From positions 6,876-70,875 of the forward strand of contig SCPX01000056.1 of assembly GCA_004298615.1 (NCBI GenBank): a stretch of 64,000 nucleotides of DNA, read 5' to 3'. This stretch comes from Patescibacteria group bacterium. Its GTDB lineage: Bacteria; Patescibacteriota; Patescibacteriia; SCPX01. Below are positions 17,129 through 26,345 of this stretch, in pieces (the stretch's first letter is position 1; the number at the start of each line of letters is the position of its first letter). Below the pieces are notes generated by a model, which worked only from the letters and a program-made list of their open reading frames with translations, was not told the origin of the DNA and made no database searches. The translations under genes and the position numbers were made by a program.

Positions 17129-17632
17129 GTGAGAAATATGAAAAGTAAAAAATTTCTCGCAATAGCAGGGATATTTTCGCTTGCCGTTTTCAGCATCGGT
17201 TTGGCGGCAATCGGAGCGGATACTCAAAGTGTGACCGCAACAGTAACTCCGAAAAACATCTCTGTGACCGTAAGTCCTGGTTCAGTAGATTATGGCACTG
17301 TGGCCATCAATACAGAAAGCGCCCCGTCAGTCATTATTACTGCATCAAATAACGGTAATGTCGCAGAAAATTTTAATATAAAGGGCAGTAATTCAACGAA
17401 CTGGACTTTGAGTGATACGGCAGCCGGAGCGGATACATTTATGCATAAGTTTGCAAAGTCTGGTGATAGCTATGCGGCATACACCGCATTGCACAATACT
17501 AATTATACAGCCTTGGCCACCGCGGTTGGTACTTCTGGATCGCAACTCTTTAAACTAAAGTTAATTACGCCAACTTCAACCGCAACTTATGCCCAGCAAA
17601 GTACGACTGTGACAATTCAAGCAACTGAATAA
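17129..17632 (+). CDS. Secreted Thr/Ser-rich beta-rich protein (167 aa), a possible pilin/fibre-like subunit
   Basis: It has an RBS 'aagggggtgagaaatATG' and a signal peptide. The mature part reads 'ADTQSVTATVTPKNISVTVSPGSVDYGTVAINTE'. Confidence 0.55.
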   Translation: MRNMKSKKFLAIAGIFSLAVFSIGLAAIGADTQSVTATVTPKNISVTVSPGSVDYGTVAINTESAPSVIITASNNGNVAENFNIKGSNSTNWTLSDTAAGADTFMHKFAKSGDSYAAYTALHNTNYTALATAVGTSGSQLFKLKLITPTSTATYAQQSTTVTIQATE

Positions 17633-17755
17633 AAAAAAAGAGACTTTAAATGTCCGGTCTTGTCGTTACCCATCAATGTTTTAACGGAGATGGGCGGAGG
17701 GGAGAGGGTCTTTTGACAAACTCAAGACGACCTTCTCCTTTCTTAAGATATTAGT

Positions 17756-19921
17756 ATGGGAAAATATGGCCGTTTGGCAATTTTTGTTTTTATTTTTGCG
17801 AGTGCGGTGTCGGGACTCGCATTTTTTGCAGTAGCCGAAAAGCCGATTGAGCCCGCCGATATTGCCAGGGCAGACGCCAAGGTAAAAGCGTTAAAAAAAA
17901 TTGACGCTGATAAAAATAAAATTTTTGATGATTTGGAAGAGAAATTAAAAGGAAAAAACGACGCGGAGACCGCTGAAGTGATAATTTTGTTTGATCATAA
18001 ATTATCGGACGCGGAGGACGCGGAGATTGCGCGAAAAATTTCAGAGAAAAACCCGGCCCATCGCTATACTGCAATTCCTGGAATGGCAATCACGCTTTCC
18101 AAGCGAGAAATTAAAGATCTCGCATCATCTCCTCTGATTAAACAAATTGAAGACGATGCCGAGGTCCGTCCTTTTCTTGATAATTCCGTCAAATGGTTCG
18201 GCACTCAAAAAGCGCGGAAGGATTTTAGCGTGGACGGAAACGCGGACGGACTGGCCGCTTATTCCAAAGATGATATTGTGGCGGCCGTGCTTGATTCAGG
18301 TGTTGATCCCAATCATATTGATCTGGACGGCGGAAAAATTATCGGGTGGAAAGATTTTGCCACGGGCCAGGCCAATCCTTATGATCAAGTACCGGGCTGC
18401 GGCGGACACGGTACGCATGTTTCTTCAATTATTGCCGGCTCGGGCGAAGGCAATGTACTTTATAAAGGCGTGGCGCCGGGCGCCGCTTTGGTTGCCGTAA
18501 AAGTTTTAAAGCGGCAGGGCAATATTTGCACCGGCACGGTAAGCGATATTAATGCCGGCATTCAATGGGTGATTGACAATAAGGTTGCTTTGGGAATTGA
18601 AATAATAAATATGAGCTTGGGGGGAACGGGGTGTTCGAACGGCGCTGATTCGTTGTCTTTGATGGTCAATAGCGCTGTCGCTTCCGGAATTGCGGTTACT
18701 CTTGCGGCTGGCAATGAAGGGCCGGGCACCTGCACTATCAGTTCTCCGGCCGCGGCCGCCGATGCCATTACTGTCGGCGCTATGGCGGATGTGAATCCCG
18801 GCGCAAGCAGTCTTGACGGATATTGCGACGGCACGAGTTTAACCGCAGATCTGCCGAACAAAGGATTTTATTTGGCTTGTTTTTCTTCGCGCGGACCGAC
18901 AGCCGATGGACGCACCAAGCCGGACATCGCTTCGCCCGGCGTAATGATTATGGCCGCGCAGGCCGGCACAACCAATGGCTATGTAAGTTATAATGGTACG
19001 AGTATGGCCAGTCCTTTTACTGCCGGCGTGGCCGCGCTTATGCTGGATGCCAATCCGGGCCTGACGCCCGCCCAGATTAAATCAATGATAAAAGGTGCCG
19101 CCAAGGATTGGGGGCCGAGCGGAGACGATGTTGATTATGGCGCGGGCCGACTGGACGGATATGAAGCAATCAAAGCGGCCGGAAGTTTCACGGGCGCCAA
19201 TATCATAGTACCGGATCATCAATATTTTGCCGGAAGTCTTTCGGGCAGCGGCGATTTTGATTGGTACGATATTAATATTACGGATGCGGATTATCCGATC
19301 GCCGTCGCTATGATTATGCCGAATTGGACGGGGACATCCAGTCCCGATTTTGATATGAAGCTCTATCTGGCCGACGGGACAACGCAGGCGGGATCGTCCG
19401 AAGGCGTATTGCGTCAGGAAACAATCGGGTATCAGCCTGTTTCTGCCGGCGCTTATAAATTAAGAGTTTATCAATACGCGGGCAGCGGCAATTATTTTCT
19501 GGATATTTCCGCGCGTACGGCGGTGGTCAGCATTACTCTCGCCACTGACGGAAGCGTCAATTTCGGCACGGTAGCGCTGAATGCTTCAAAAGACACGACC
19601 CCCTCCGGCATTAATGATCCGGAAATAGTGCGCGTGGATACGGGTCCGGCTGATTTGTCCGTGCGTTCCACCAATTTTTCAGACGGGAGCAATAATTGGA
19701 GCTTGGGAACAAGCCCGGGCGCCAATCAAATCAAATGGGATTTTTCAAAAGATGGCAGCGCTTGGACGAATTTCGCGGCCGCCGGAACAAATTATCCTTT
19801 TGATTCGGCAGTGCCGGAATCAGACACGCGCGATCTCAATCTGCGCCTCACGCTGCCCTCAAGCACCTCGTCCAATAACAGTCACAGCGCGACAGTGACG
19901 ATAGTGGCGACGACGCCTTAA
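17756..19921 (+). CDS. Secreted subtilisin-like serine protease (S8) with an N-terminal propeptide-like region and C-terminal beta domains
   Basis: The catalytic triad motifs are present: 'VAVLDSGVDPNH' (Asp), 'HGTHVSSIIAG' (His) and 'GTSMASPFTAGVAALM' (Ser). Confidence 0.85.
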   Translation: MGKYGRLAIFVFIFASAVSGLAFFAVAEKPIEPADIARADAKVKALKKIDADKNKIFDDLEEKLKGKNDAETAEVIILFDHKLSDAEDAEIARKISEKNPAHRYTAIPGMAITLSKREIKDLASSPLIKQIEDDAEVRPFLDNSVKWFGTQKARKDFSVDGNADGLAAYSKDDIVAAVLDSGVDPNHIDLDGGKIIGWKDFATGQANPYDQVPGCGGHGTHVSSIIAGSGEGNVLYKGVAPGAALVAVKVLKRQGNICTGTVSDINAGIQWVIDNKVALGIEIINMSLGGTGCSNGADSLSLMVNSAVASGIAVTLAAGNEGPGTCTISSPAAAADAITVGAMADVNPGASSLDGYCDGTSLTADLPNKGFYLACFSSRGPTADGRTKPDIASPGVMIMAAQAGTTNGYVSYNGTSMASPFTAGVAALMLDANPGLTPAQIKSMIKGAAKDWGPSGDDVDYGAGRLDGYEAIKAAGSFTGANIIVPDHQYFAGSLSGSGDFDWYDINITDADYPIAVAMIMPNWTGTSSPDFDMKLYLADGTTQAGSSEGVLRQETIGYQPVSAGAYKLRVYQYAGSGNYFLDISARTAVVSITLATDGSVNFGTVALNASKDTTPSGINDPEIVRVDTGPADLSVRSTNFSDGSNNWSLGTSPGANQIKWDFSKDGSAWTNFAAAGTNYPFDSAVPESDTRDLNLRLTLPSSTSSNNSHSATVTIVATTP

Positions 19922-19990
19922 ATTCCAAATTCAAAGTTCAAATTTAAAAATTCAAAATTACAATTCAAAGTTTAAAATTTTTTAATCATT
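19922..19990. repeat. AT-rich degenerate tandem heptamers, (A)ATTCAAA-like, in the intergenic spacer
   Basis: Seen in sequence. Similar short tandem motifs lie just upstream of other start codons at 23382-23410, 24027-24057, 36680-36775, 38960-39075 and 52879-52908. Confidence 0.5.
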
Positions 19991-19999
19991 AATGTATTT

Positions 20000-20593
20000 A
20001 TGCGCAATCTTATTCGTATTTTTTTTATCGCCGTATTATTAAGCATTCCGGTAGTCAGTTTCGCCAATGTCGGCGTGGGAGTTGGTTTGGGGAAAATTGA
20101 AATCACGGAAAAATTGTCGCCCGGGGGCATTTATAAATTAAATTCCATACCGGTTTTGAACACGGGCGATGAAGCGGGCGCCTACGAAGTGGCGGCGACT
20201 TTTATGGCTGATCAGAAAGAATCGCGGCCCAAAGAGGATTGGTTTATTTTTGATCCGAAAACTTTTGAACTGGCGCCCGGCGAATCAAAATCAGTCAGCG
20301 TGACTATGACTCTTCCGATGAACGCCAAGCCCGGAGCTTATTTTGCTTTTTTGGAAGCGCATCCGACAGCCAAGAAAGAAGGCGTGTCAATCGGCGTGGC
20401 GGCCGCGACCAAGCTTTATTTTACGGTAGCGCCCAAAGGAGTTTTAGGGGCTTTTACTGCCCGCGCCTCCAGCCTCCTCAATCAAACCGCGCCCGGCTCA
20501 TTTATTGTTTTAGCCGTTTTGGGTATTCTTGCCTTAGCGATTGTTTTCCAAAAATTCTTCAAGGTGTCTTTCAATATTAAGAGAAAAAAGTAA
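20000..20593 (+). CDS. Cell-surface protein with a signal peptide and C-terminal TM anchor (DUF916/DUF3324-like architecture)
   Basis: It has an N-terminal signal peptide and C-terminal 'FIVLAVLGILALAIVFQKFFK' followed by basic residues. Confidence 0.5.
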   Translation: MRNLIRIFFIAVLLSIPVVSFANVGVGVGLGKIEITEKLSPGGIYKLNSIPVLNTGDEAGAYEVAATFMADQKESRPKEDWFIFDPKTFELAPGESKSVSVTMTLPMNAKPGAYFAFLEAHPTAKKEGVSIGVAAATKLYFTVAPKGVLGAFTARASSLLNQTAPGSFIVLAVLGILALAIVFQKFFKVSFNIKRKK

Positions 20594-20656
20594 AAACACA
20601 TTACTGGGTGTTCTGAACAGAGCGGAAGATGCCGAGGATAATACATTATAAAATGT

Positions 20657-21142
20657 ATGAAACGATTATTTTTTTTCATCTTTATACTTTTCTGCCTCTC
20701 TTTTGCGGCGCTGACGGTCTATGCCGCGTCGCAAATTTTGGTGACGGTCGGCGTTAATCCTTTAAATGTTGACGCGGACGCGAAAGGGAATCTTCGGGTT
20801 GGAAAAATTTTTACGCTTCAAACGAGGATTGAAAATAAAGGAGACGCGGCGCTTCAATATGCGACGGCCGAGCTTTTTGCTCCAAAAGAGATTGAGCTTG
20901 TCAGCGGGAGTTCGCAAGAATTTATAGGGGAAATCAAAGGCGGCCGGCATAAAGATGTCCGATGGAAGCTCAAAGCGGCTCTGTCCGGGCAGTATATAGC
21001 GACAGTGCGCGCTCAAGGAATAAATGAAGGAGGGGATAGCGTCTCAAGCGAAGATTCTATTCTCCTTGATATAAGAGAACCGCGCGGTTTAGGCGCAATT
21101 TTTGAAATATTTAGTCGCTTAGCGGCGATGTTTGATAATTGA
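20657..21142 (+). CDS. Secreted CARDB/DUF11-like beta-sandwich protein
   Basis: It has a signal peptide and the motif 'IENKGDAALQYATAELFAPKEIEL...GQYIATVRAQG'. Confidence 0.5.
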   Translation: MKRLFFFIFILFCLSFAALTVYAASQILVTVGVNPLNVDADAKGNLRVGKIFTLQTRIENKGDAALQYATAELFAPKEIELVSGSSQEFIGEIKGGRHKDVRWKLKAALSGQYIATVRAQGINEGGDSVSSEDSILLDIREPRGLGAIFEIFSRLAAMFDN

Positions 21143-21212
21143 TTTGACGCCATTTATTTTCTTTACTACACTTTGTAGTAGTATGTGGCGATAATTATAA
21201 GATCAAAAGGAG

Positions 21213-21452
21213 GTGATATTTATGATGTGGGATACATATGGTTTCGGCATAGGCTGGTCTTTTATGTGGATTTTTATGCTGCTTTTTTGGGTGTTGGTTA
21301 TTCTGGGAATCTTCGCGCTGATTCGCTGGCTTTCCCAAGGAGGCGAATCAAGAAACGGCGGGAGAGCGCTGGATATTTTGAAAGAACGCTACGCCAAGGG
21401 AGAAATTGACAAAAAAGAATTTGAGGAAAGGAAAAAAGACCTAATGTCTTGA
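21213..21452 (+). CDS. SHOCT-domain small membrane protein
   Basis: It has an N-terminal TM helix and a C-terminal '[25 protein letters not shown]' SHOCT motif. Confidence 0.6.
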   Translation: MIFMMWDTYGFGIGWSFMWIFMLLFWVLVILGIFALIRWLSQGGESRNGGRALDILKERYAKGEIDKKEFEERKKDLMS

Positions 21453-21631
21453 TTATGCCGAATATTTTAATTATCGCGGTCCGAAATTTGTTCGGAGAAA
21501 AAGGACGCTTTTTTGACCATCGAGGGCGCTTGACCTTTTCATTTAGAGATAGTAATTTAAAGATATTGCCAGAGTCGTCATTAGGCAATATTAATGTTCT
21601 TTAACCAATTTATTTACCAGGGGGGAGTGCC

Positions 21632-22126
21632 ATGAAAAAATTAGTAATGGATGATGATAAGAAAATTGAGGATTATATTAAAAAAGAATTCGGCAGCGTT
21701 GAATCGTGCTGCGGAGTAATAATGCCGCCTTTGGAATCAGTGATTGAGATTTTTGAACCGTTGGAGACATGTCATGAATGCATTAAACCGCTCTCATCCT
21801 CATTTATTGCGTCAATGGCAAGAATGTTCGGGACCTTTCTTGAAGACAACGAAGCCGGTCTGGACGAGAATTACTGTATACCGCCTGGCACGTATACCGT
21901 TGTTTTTTTTGAAGGCAACCATAATTTACCGCATTGGGCGCATATTGAACCGGTGAACGGAGGACATGAGATCAAATTCTGTGCCGGTAATTGCGGCGAT
22001 GCCGTTATTGATTGGAGAGGAGCGCGAAAATCTCCCTTATCTCCTCCGGAAGAGAAGCGGATTGACAGAAAGTTGGAAAAGATGGCGAGAGAGGCGGACA
22101 GACGACGAGCTCTCAAAAATAAATAG
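21632..22126 (+). CDS. Cys-rich hypothetical protein (several CxxC-like pairs, basic C-terminal tail)
   Basis: It has the RBS 'ggggggagtgccATG' and the motifs 'SCCGV', 'CHEC' and 'CAGNCGD'. It follows a roughly 180-nt leader with hairpins. Confidence 0.45.
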   Translation: MKKLVMDDDKKIEDYIKKEFGSVESCCGVIMPPLESVIEIFEPLETCHECIKPLSSSFIASMARMFGTFLEDNEAGLDENYCIPPGTYTVVFFEGNHNLPHWAHIEPVNGGHEIKFCAGNCGDAVIDWRGARKSPLSPPEEKRIDRKLEKMAREADRRRALKNK

Positions 22127-22325
22127 AAATATCAAAAACGTTTTTCAGGATGGATTCATTCGCCGCCATTGCGCAATGCTTTGGCGGTTTAATTTTTCCG
22201 AAAAATTTTAGAAGATAAATTCAGCCGATTCGGACATTGACATTATTATTTCTATGTACTACACTAAGTAGTAGACAGTATCGATCATGTGCATAAGTTA
22301 ATTTTATGAATTTTAGTCATCGGAT

Positions 22326-23384
22326 ATGAGCTATTTTGCCATTTTTATCACCGCGTTTTTTGCCAGCGTGCATTGTGCCCTGATGTTTTCCGGGTTTATC
22401 TTGGCGTACTCGGTAAAAAAGACAAGCGACGGGCATACGCACCAACAAGAAGGCGTTTGGAAAAAACATTTATTGTTTAATGGAGGAAGAATCGTCAGCT
22501 TCACCATTATCGGAGCGATTTTGGGCGCGATCGGATCGTTTTTCACTCTTTCCGCGACTTTTAACGCGTGGATTACCATTGCTGCGGCTGTTATTATGGT
22601 ATTGTACGGCCTATCGATGCTTGAAATAAAATCTTTGCGGAAAATGAACAACTCTGTTCCGCGTTGGCTTTATCAACTGACCAAAAAACACGCCAATGAA
22701 CATGGACACAACCGGTTTGGAAAATTTCAACCGGCTGTTTTGGGAGTTCTAACCACTTTGATTCCGTGCGGACCGATTCAGGCATTGCAGATTCTCGCTC
22801 TTGGATCGGGGAGCGCCGTGCAAGGAGCGGCAATAATGCTGATTACGGGTATTGCCACGGCGCCCTTGCTTATGGGCTTGGGCGGGGTGGTTACCAGAAT
22901 GGCCGGAGCATTGAGGCAGAAAATGATCCGCTACGCCGCAATCGCTATTTTAATTTTCGCAATTTTGACTTTTGACCGGGGGCTGGCTTTGGCCGGATCG
23001 TCTTTCAGCGTTATACCCGATATTGGCAAGGTGAGAGAATCTTTTGCCTTGGTGATGGGCAGCGGCAATCCAAGTTCTTTTGAATCGGCTGAAAGCGTCT
23101 CGGTTAACGGCGGAATTCAAGAACTGACTCTCACGGCTGACGGAAGAATCGGCTATACGCCGAGCAGCTTGACCGTAAAAAAAGATGTTCTGGTTAAATT
23201 AACCGTCAAATACAACGGCCGCGGAGGATGCATAAAGCAATTTTTAATCCCGACTTTTGGCGTAAATGTCACACTGCCGGATAATGGCTCAAAAGTGGTG
23301 GAGTTTATCCCAAACAAATCAGGATCATTTACTATCACTTGTGGAATGGGAATGTATCGGGGAACGCTGGTGGTTGAGAATTAA
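22326..23384 (+). CDS. Polytopic membrane protein (DsbD_2/UreH-like TM region with 'SVHCALM' and 'LIPCGP') fused to a C-terminal cupredoxin-like domain
   Basis: The C-terminal 'PNKSGSFTITCGMGMYRGTLVV' parallels the 'FRCGMGMLHGKLIV' of ORF 23662. The family call is by motif only. Confidence 0.5.
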   Translation: MSYFAIFITAFFASVHCALMFSGFILAYSVKKTSDGHTHQQEGVWKKHLLFNGGRIVSFTIIGAILGAIGSFFTLSATFNAWITIAAAVIMVLYGLSMLEIKSLRKMNNSVPRWLYQLTKKHANEHGHNRFGKFQPAVLGVLTTLIPCGPIQALQILALGSGSAVQGAAIMLITGIATAPLLMGLGGVVTRMAGALRQKMIRYAAIAILIFAILTFDRGLALAGSSFSVIPDIGKVRESFALVMGSGNPSSFESAESVSVNGGIQELTLTADGRIGYTPSSLTVKKDVLVKLTVKYNGRGGCIKQFLIPTFGVNVTLPDNGSKVVEFIPNKSGSFTITCGMGMYRGTLVVEN

Positions 23385-23417
23385 GTATCAAGTATTGAGT
23401 ATTAAGTATTTTAGAAT

Positions 23418-23642
23418 ATGCTAAACAAAATTATTCTCTCTATCAAGGGAATGCATTGCGGCTCGTGCGCGTATTTGATTGAAGATATTTTAAAAGAACA
23501 AAAAGGAGTGGCCGAGGCAAAGGTTGATTTTGTCAAACAAACTTGCGAAGTGAAAATGGAAGAAGAAGTGAAGCCGGAAGAATTGATTAAAGCGATTCAT
23601 GACATTCAAGGAGAAGAATTTTCTGCGCAAATCGTGAATTAA
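23418..23642 (+). CDS. copZ: Copper chaperone CopZ (HMA domain)
   Basis: The MxCxxC motif 'GMHCGSCAYLIE' is present in a 74-aa protein. Confidence 0.8.
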   Translation: MLNKIILSIKGMHCGSCAYLIEDILKEQKGVAEAKVDFVKQTCEVKMEEEVKPEELIKAIHDIQGEEFSAQIVN

Positions 23643-23661
23643 GAGTAAAGCATTAAGAGTT

Positions 23662-24039
23662 ATGTCTCCTGATAAAATCATTGTCCTTATAGGAGGGATT
23701 GGCTTGATCGGCTTTATTGTCTGGTATTTTTTGATGCGGCCGGAAGAAAAAGAAGAAGCCAGGACCGAGGAAGGGGCGCAGGAAATAAAAATTTTGGTGG
23801 AACGCGGTTATGCTCCGGAGACGATCATTGCCAAAAAAGGAATTCTTTTGAAGCTGATGTTTGAGCGAAAAGAAGAGGACTCTTGTTCCGAGCGGCTGCT
23901 TATTCCAGAATTTAAAATCAATCAATTTTTGACTCCCAACGCGGTGACGGAAATTTCTTTTGTGCCGGACAAAGCTGGCGAATTTGAATTCCGTTGCGGA
24001 ATGGGGATGCTCCACGGAAAATTAATAGTTAAAAGTTAA
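23662..24039 (+). CDS. Membrane-anchored cupredoxin-like protein (Cupredoxin_1-type)
   Basis: It has an N-terminal TM helix, and 'PDKAGEFEFRCGMGMLHGKLIVKS' matches the Cupredoxin_1 C-terminus (Cys-...His/Met). Confidence 0.55.
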   Translation: MSPDKIIVLIGGIGLIGFIVWYFLMRPEEKEEARTEEGAQEIKILVERGYAPETIIAKKGILLKLMFERKEEDSCSERLLIPEFKINQFLTPNAVTEISFVPDKAGEFEFRCGMGMLHGKLIVKS

Positions 24040-24060
24040 AAGTGCAAAGTTAAAATCATT

Positions 24061-26319
24061 ATGGCTTCTAAGACGGTATATCTTTCCGGAATGACTTGCG
24101 CGTCGTGCGCGTTGACCATCGAGCGGACGCTTAAAAAGCAAAAGGGCGTGAAAAACGCTTCGGTTAATTTTGCTTTGCGCAAGGCGTTTGTGGATTATGA
24201 TGAAAAAGAAGCGAATACGGAAGATTGGGTAAAAAAGATTAAAGAAAGGGGATATGACGCGGAAGTGGAAAATGATCATCCGCAAGAAGAAGGGGAGAAG
24301 GATCGGGAAGAAAAGGCGCGTGAAAAAGAAACCTCCGAGCTGAAAAGAAAATTTTTAATCGGTCTTATTTTGTCAATTCCGATTTTTTTCGGAAGCTACC
24401 CTATGTGGTTTCCTTGGATGCCGGAAATTTTGACGGATTTCAGGATTTTGCTTTTACTGACGATTCCGGTGCAATTTTGGGTGGGATTGCAATTTTTGCG
24501 CGGAATGATTGCCGGATTTAGGCACCGATCGGCCGATATGAATACGCTGATCGGAATTGGTACTTTGGCTGCATTTTTTTTCAGCGCGGGCGTGACATTT
24601 TTTCCGGAAATTTTTCCCGAAAAACTGCGAGGCGATATTTATTACGACACCTCGGCTGTCATCATAACTTTGATTATCTTGGGAAGATATTTTGAGGCGC
24701 TCACTCGCGGCAAAGCCTCGCAGGCGATCCGCGCGCTGGTTGGGCTTCAACCAAAAACCGCGCACAGAATCAGGAATCATGAATCAGGAATCATGAATCA
24801 GGAATATGATGAAGTTCTAATTGAAGATATCAAAGTTGGTGATTTATTATTGGTAAAGCCCGGGGAAAAAATTCCGACTGACGGAGTGGTGGTAGAAGGA
24901 GGATCGGCCGTGAATGAATCAATGGTCACGGGCGAATCAATGCCGGTTTCCAAAAAAATAGGCGATACGGTCATCGGCGCGTCAATCAATGAGACCGGAA
25001 GTTTTATTTTTAGGGCGGCAAAAGTCGGCAAAGACACAATGCTTTCCGGAATTATCAAGCTGGTGGAAGAAGCGCAAGCTTCAAAAGCGCCTATCCAAAA
25101 ATTGGCCGATCTGGTGACGAGCTATTTTGTCCCGGCGGTTTTAATTATTGCGGTGGCGACATTTGCCGCGTGGTATGTTTGGGGGCCGGCGGAATCCGCC
25201 TTTACTTTCGCGCTTTTAAATATGGTGGGAGTTTTGATTATTGCTTGTCCCTGCGCTCTGGGATTAGCCACGCCCACGGCCATTATGGTCGGTACGGGCA
25301 AGGGCGCGCAAAACGGAATTCTCATTAAAGGCGGTGAGGCGCTGGAGCGCGCTTATAAAATCAATACGATAATTTTTGACAAGACCGGCACGCTCACGCG
25401 CGGCGAGCCCGAAGTGACCGATACGGTATTGCACTCGGATAAATCTCCGGAAGTATTGATCAGCTTGGCGGCGTCAGTTGAAAAAAGATCCGAGCATCCG
25501 TTGGCGTCAGCCATTGTTGAACACGCCAAGCAAAAAAATATTCCAATTTTTGAAGTTTCTGAATTCAAATCAATTTCCGGCCAAGGAATCCAAGGAAGGG
25601 TTGATGGAGATATCATTCAAATCGGCCGGCAATCGTTTTTGGAAGCCAATAATATTAAAATAAATGCCAATGTTTCGCGCGACATTGATCGACTCTCTGG
25701 CGAAGGAAAAACTCCGGTTTTGGTGGGTATTGGCGGTAATTTTGCCGGCATTATCGCCATTGCCGACGCTCTGAAAGAACATTCGGCCGAGGCGATAAAA
25801 AAAATCAAGCAGCAAAGCATCGAGACCTATATGATCACCGGCGATCATCAAAAAACCGCCGAGGCCATCGCCAAAAAAGTCGGGATTGAAAATGTAATGG
25901 CCGAAGTATTGCCCAAAGATAAGGCGCAAAAAGTAAAAGAACTTCAGGAAAAAGGCAAGATCGTCGCCATGGTGGGAGACGGCATTAATGACGCTCCGGC
26001 CTTGGCCCAGGCGGATTTGGGCATAGCTATCGGATCGGGGACTGATGTGGCGATTGAGACAGGCGACATAGTGCTGGTGAAAAGCGATTTGCGCGATGTG
26101 ATTCGTGCTATAATATTATCGCGCCGGACCGTCCGGACTATTTGGCAAAATCTTTTCTTTTCTTTCTTTTATAACGGAGCATTGATTCCCGTGGCCGCCG
26201 GTCTTCTTTTTCCTTTTTTCGGAATTTTGCTAAATCCCATCTTGGCCGGAGCGGCTATGGCGCTGTCATCCGTATCTGTTGTTTTGAATTCATTAAGACT
26301 GCAAAGAATTAAAATATAA
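24061..26319 (+). CDS. copA: Copper-translocating P1B-type ATPase CopA
   Basis: All the signature motifs are present: HMA 'GMTCASCALTIE', 'CPCALGLATP', 'DKTGTLT' and 'GDGINDAPAL'. Confidence 0.9.
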   Translation: MASKTVYLSGMTCASCALTIERTLKKQKGVKNASVNFALRKAFVDYDEKEANTEDWVKKIKERGYDAEVENDHPQEEGEKDREEKAREKETSELKRKFLIGLILSIPIFFGSYPMWFPWMPEILTDFRILLLLTIPVQFWVGLQFLRGMIAGFRHRSADMNTLIGIGTLAAFFFSAGVTFFPEIFPEKLRGDIYYDTSAVIITLIILGRYFEALTRGKASQAIRALVGLQPKTAHRIRNHESGIMNQEYDEVLIEDIKVGDLLLVKPGEKIPTDGVVVEGGSAVNESMVTGESMPVSKKIGDTVIGASINETGSFIFRAAKVGKDTMLSGIIKLVEEAQASKAPIQKLADLVTSYFVPAVLIIAVATFAAWYVWGPAESAFTFALLNMVGVLIIACPCALGLATPTAIMVGTGKGAQNGILIKGGEALERAYKINTIIFDKTGTLTRGEPEVTDTVLHSDKSPEVLISLAASVEKRSEHPLASAIVEHAKQKNIPIFEVSEFKSISGQGIQGRVDGDIIQIGRQSFLEANNIKINANVSRDIDRLSGEGKTPVLVGIGGNFAGIIAIADALKEHSAEAIKKIKQQSIETYMITGDHQKTAEAIAKKVGIENVMAEVLPKDKAQKVKELQEKGKIVAMVGDGINDAPALAQADLGIAIGSGTDVAIETGDIVLVKSDLRDVIRAIILSRRTVRTIWQNLFFSFFYNGALIPVAAGLLFPFFGILLNPILAGAAMALSSVSVVLNSLRLQRIKI

Positions 26320-26345
26320 ATCTTGAAAATTGTTAATTTGCAAAA

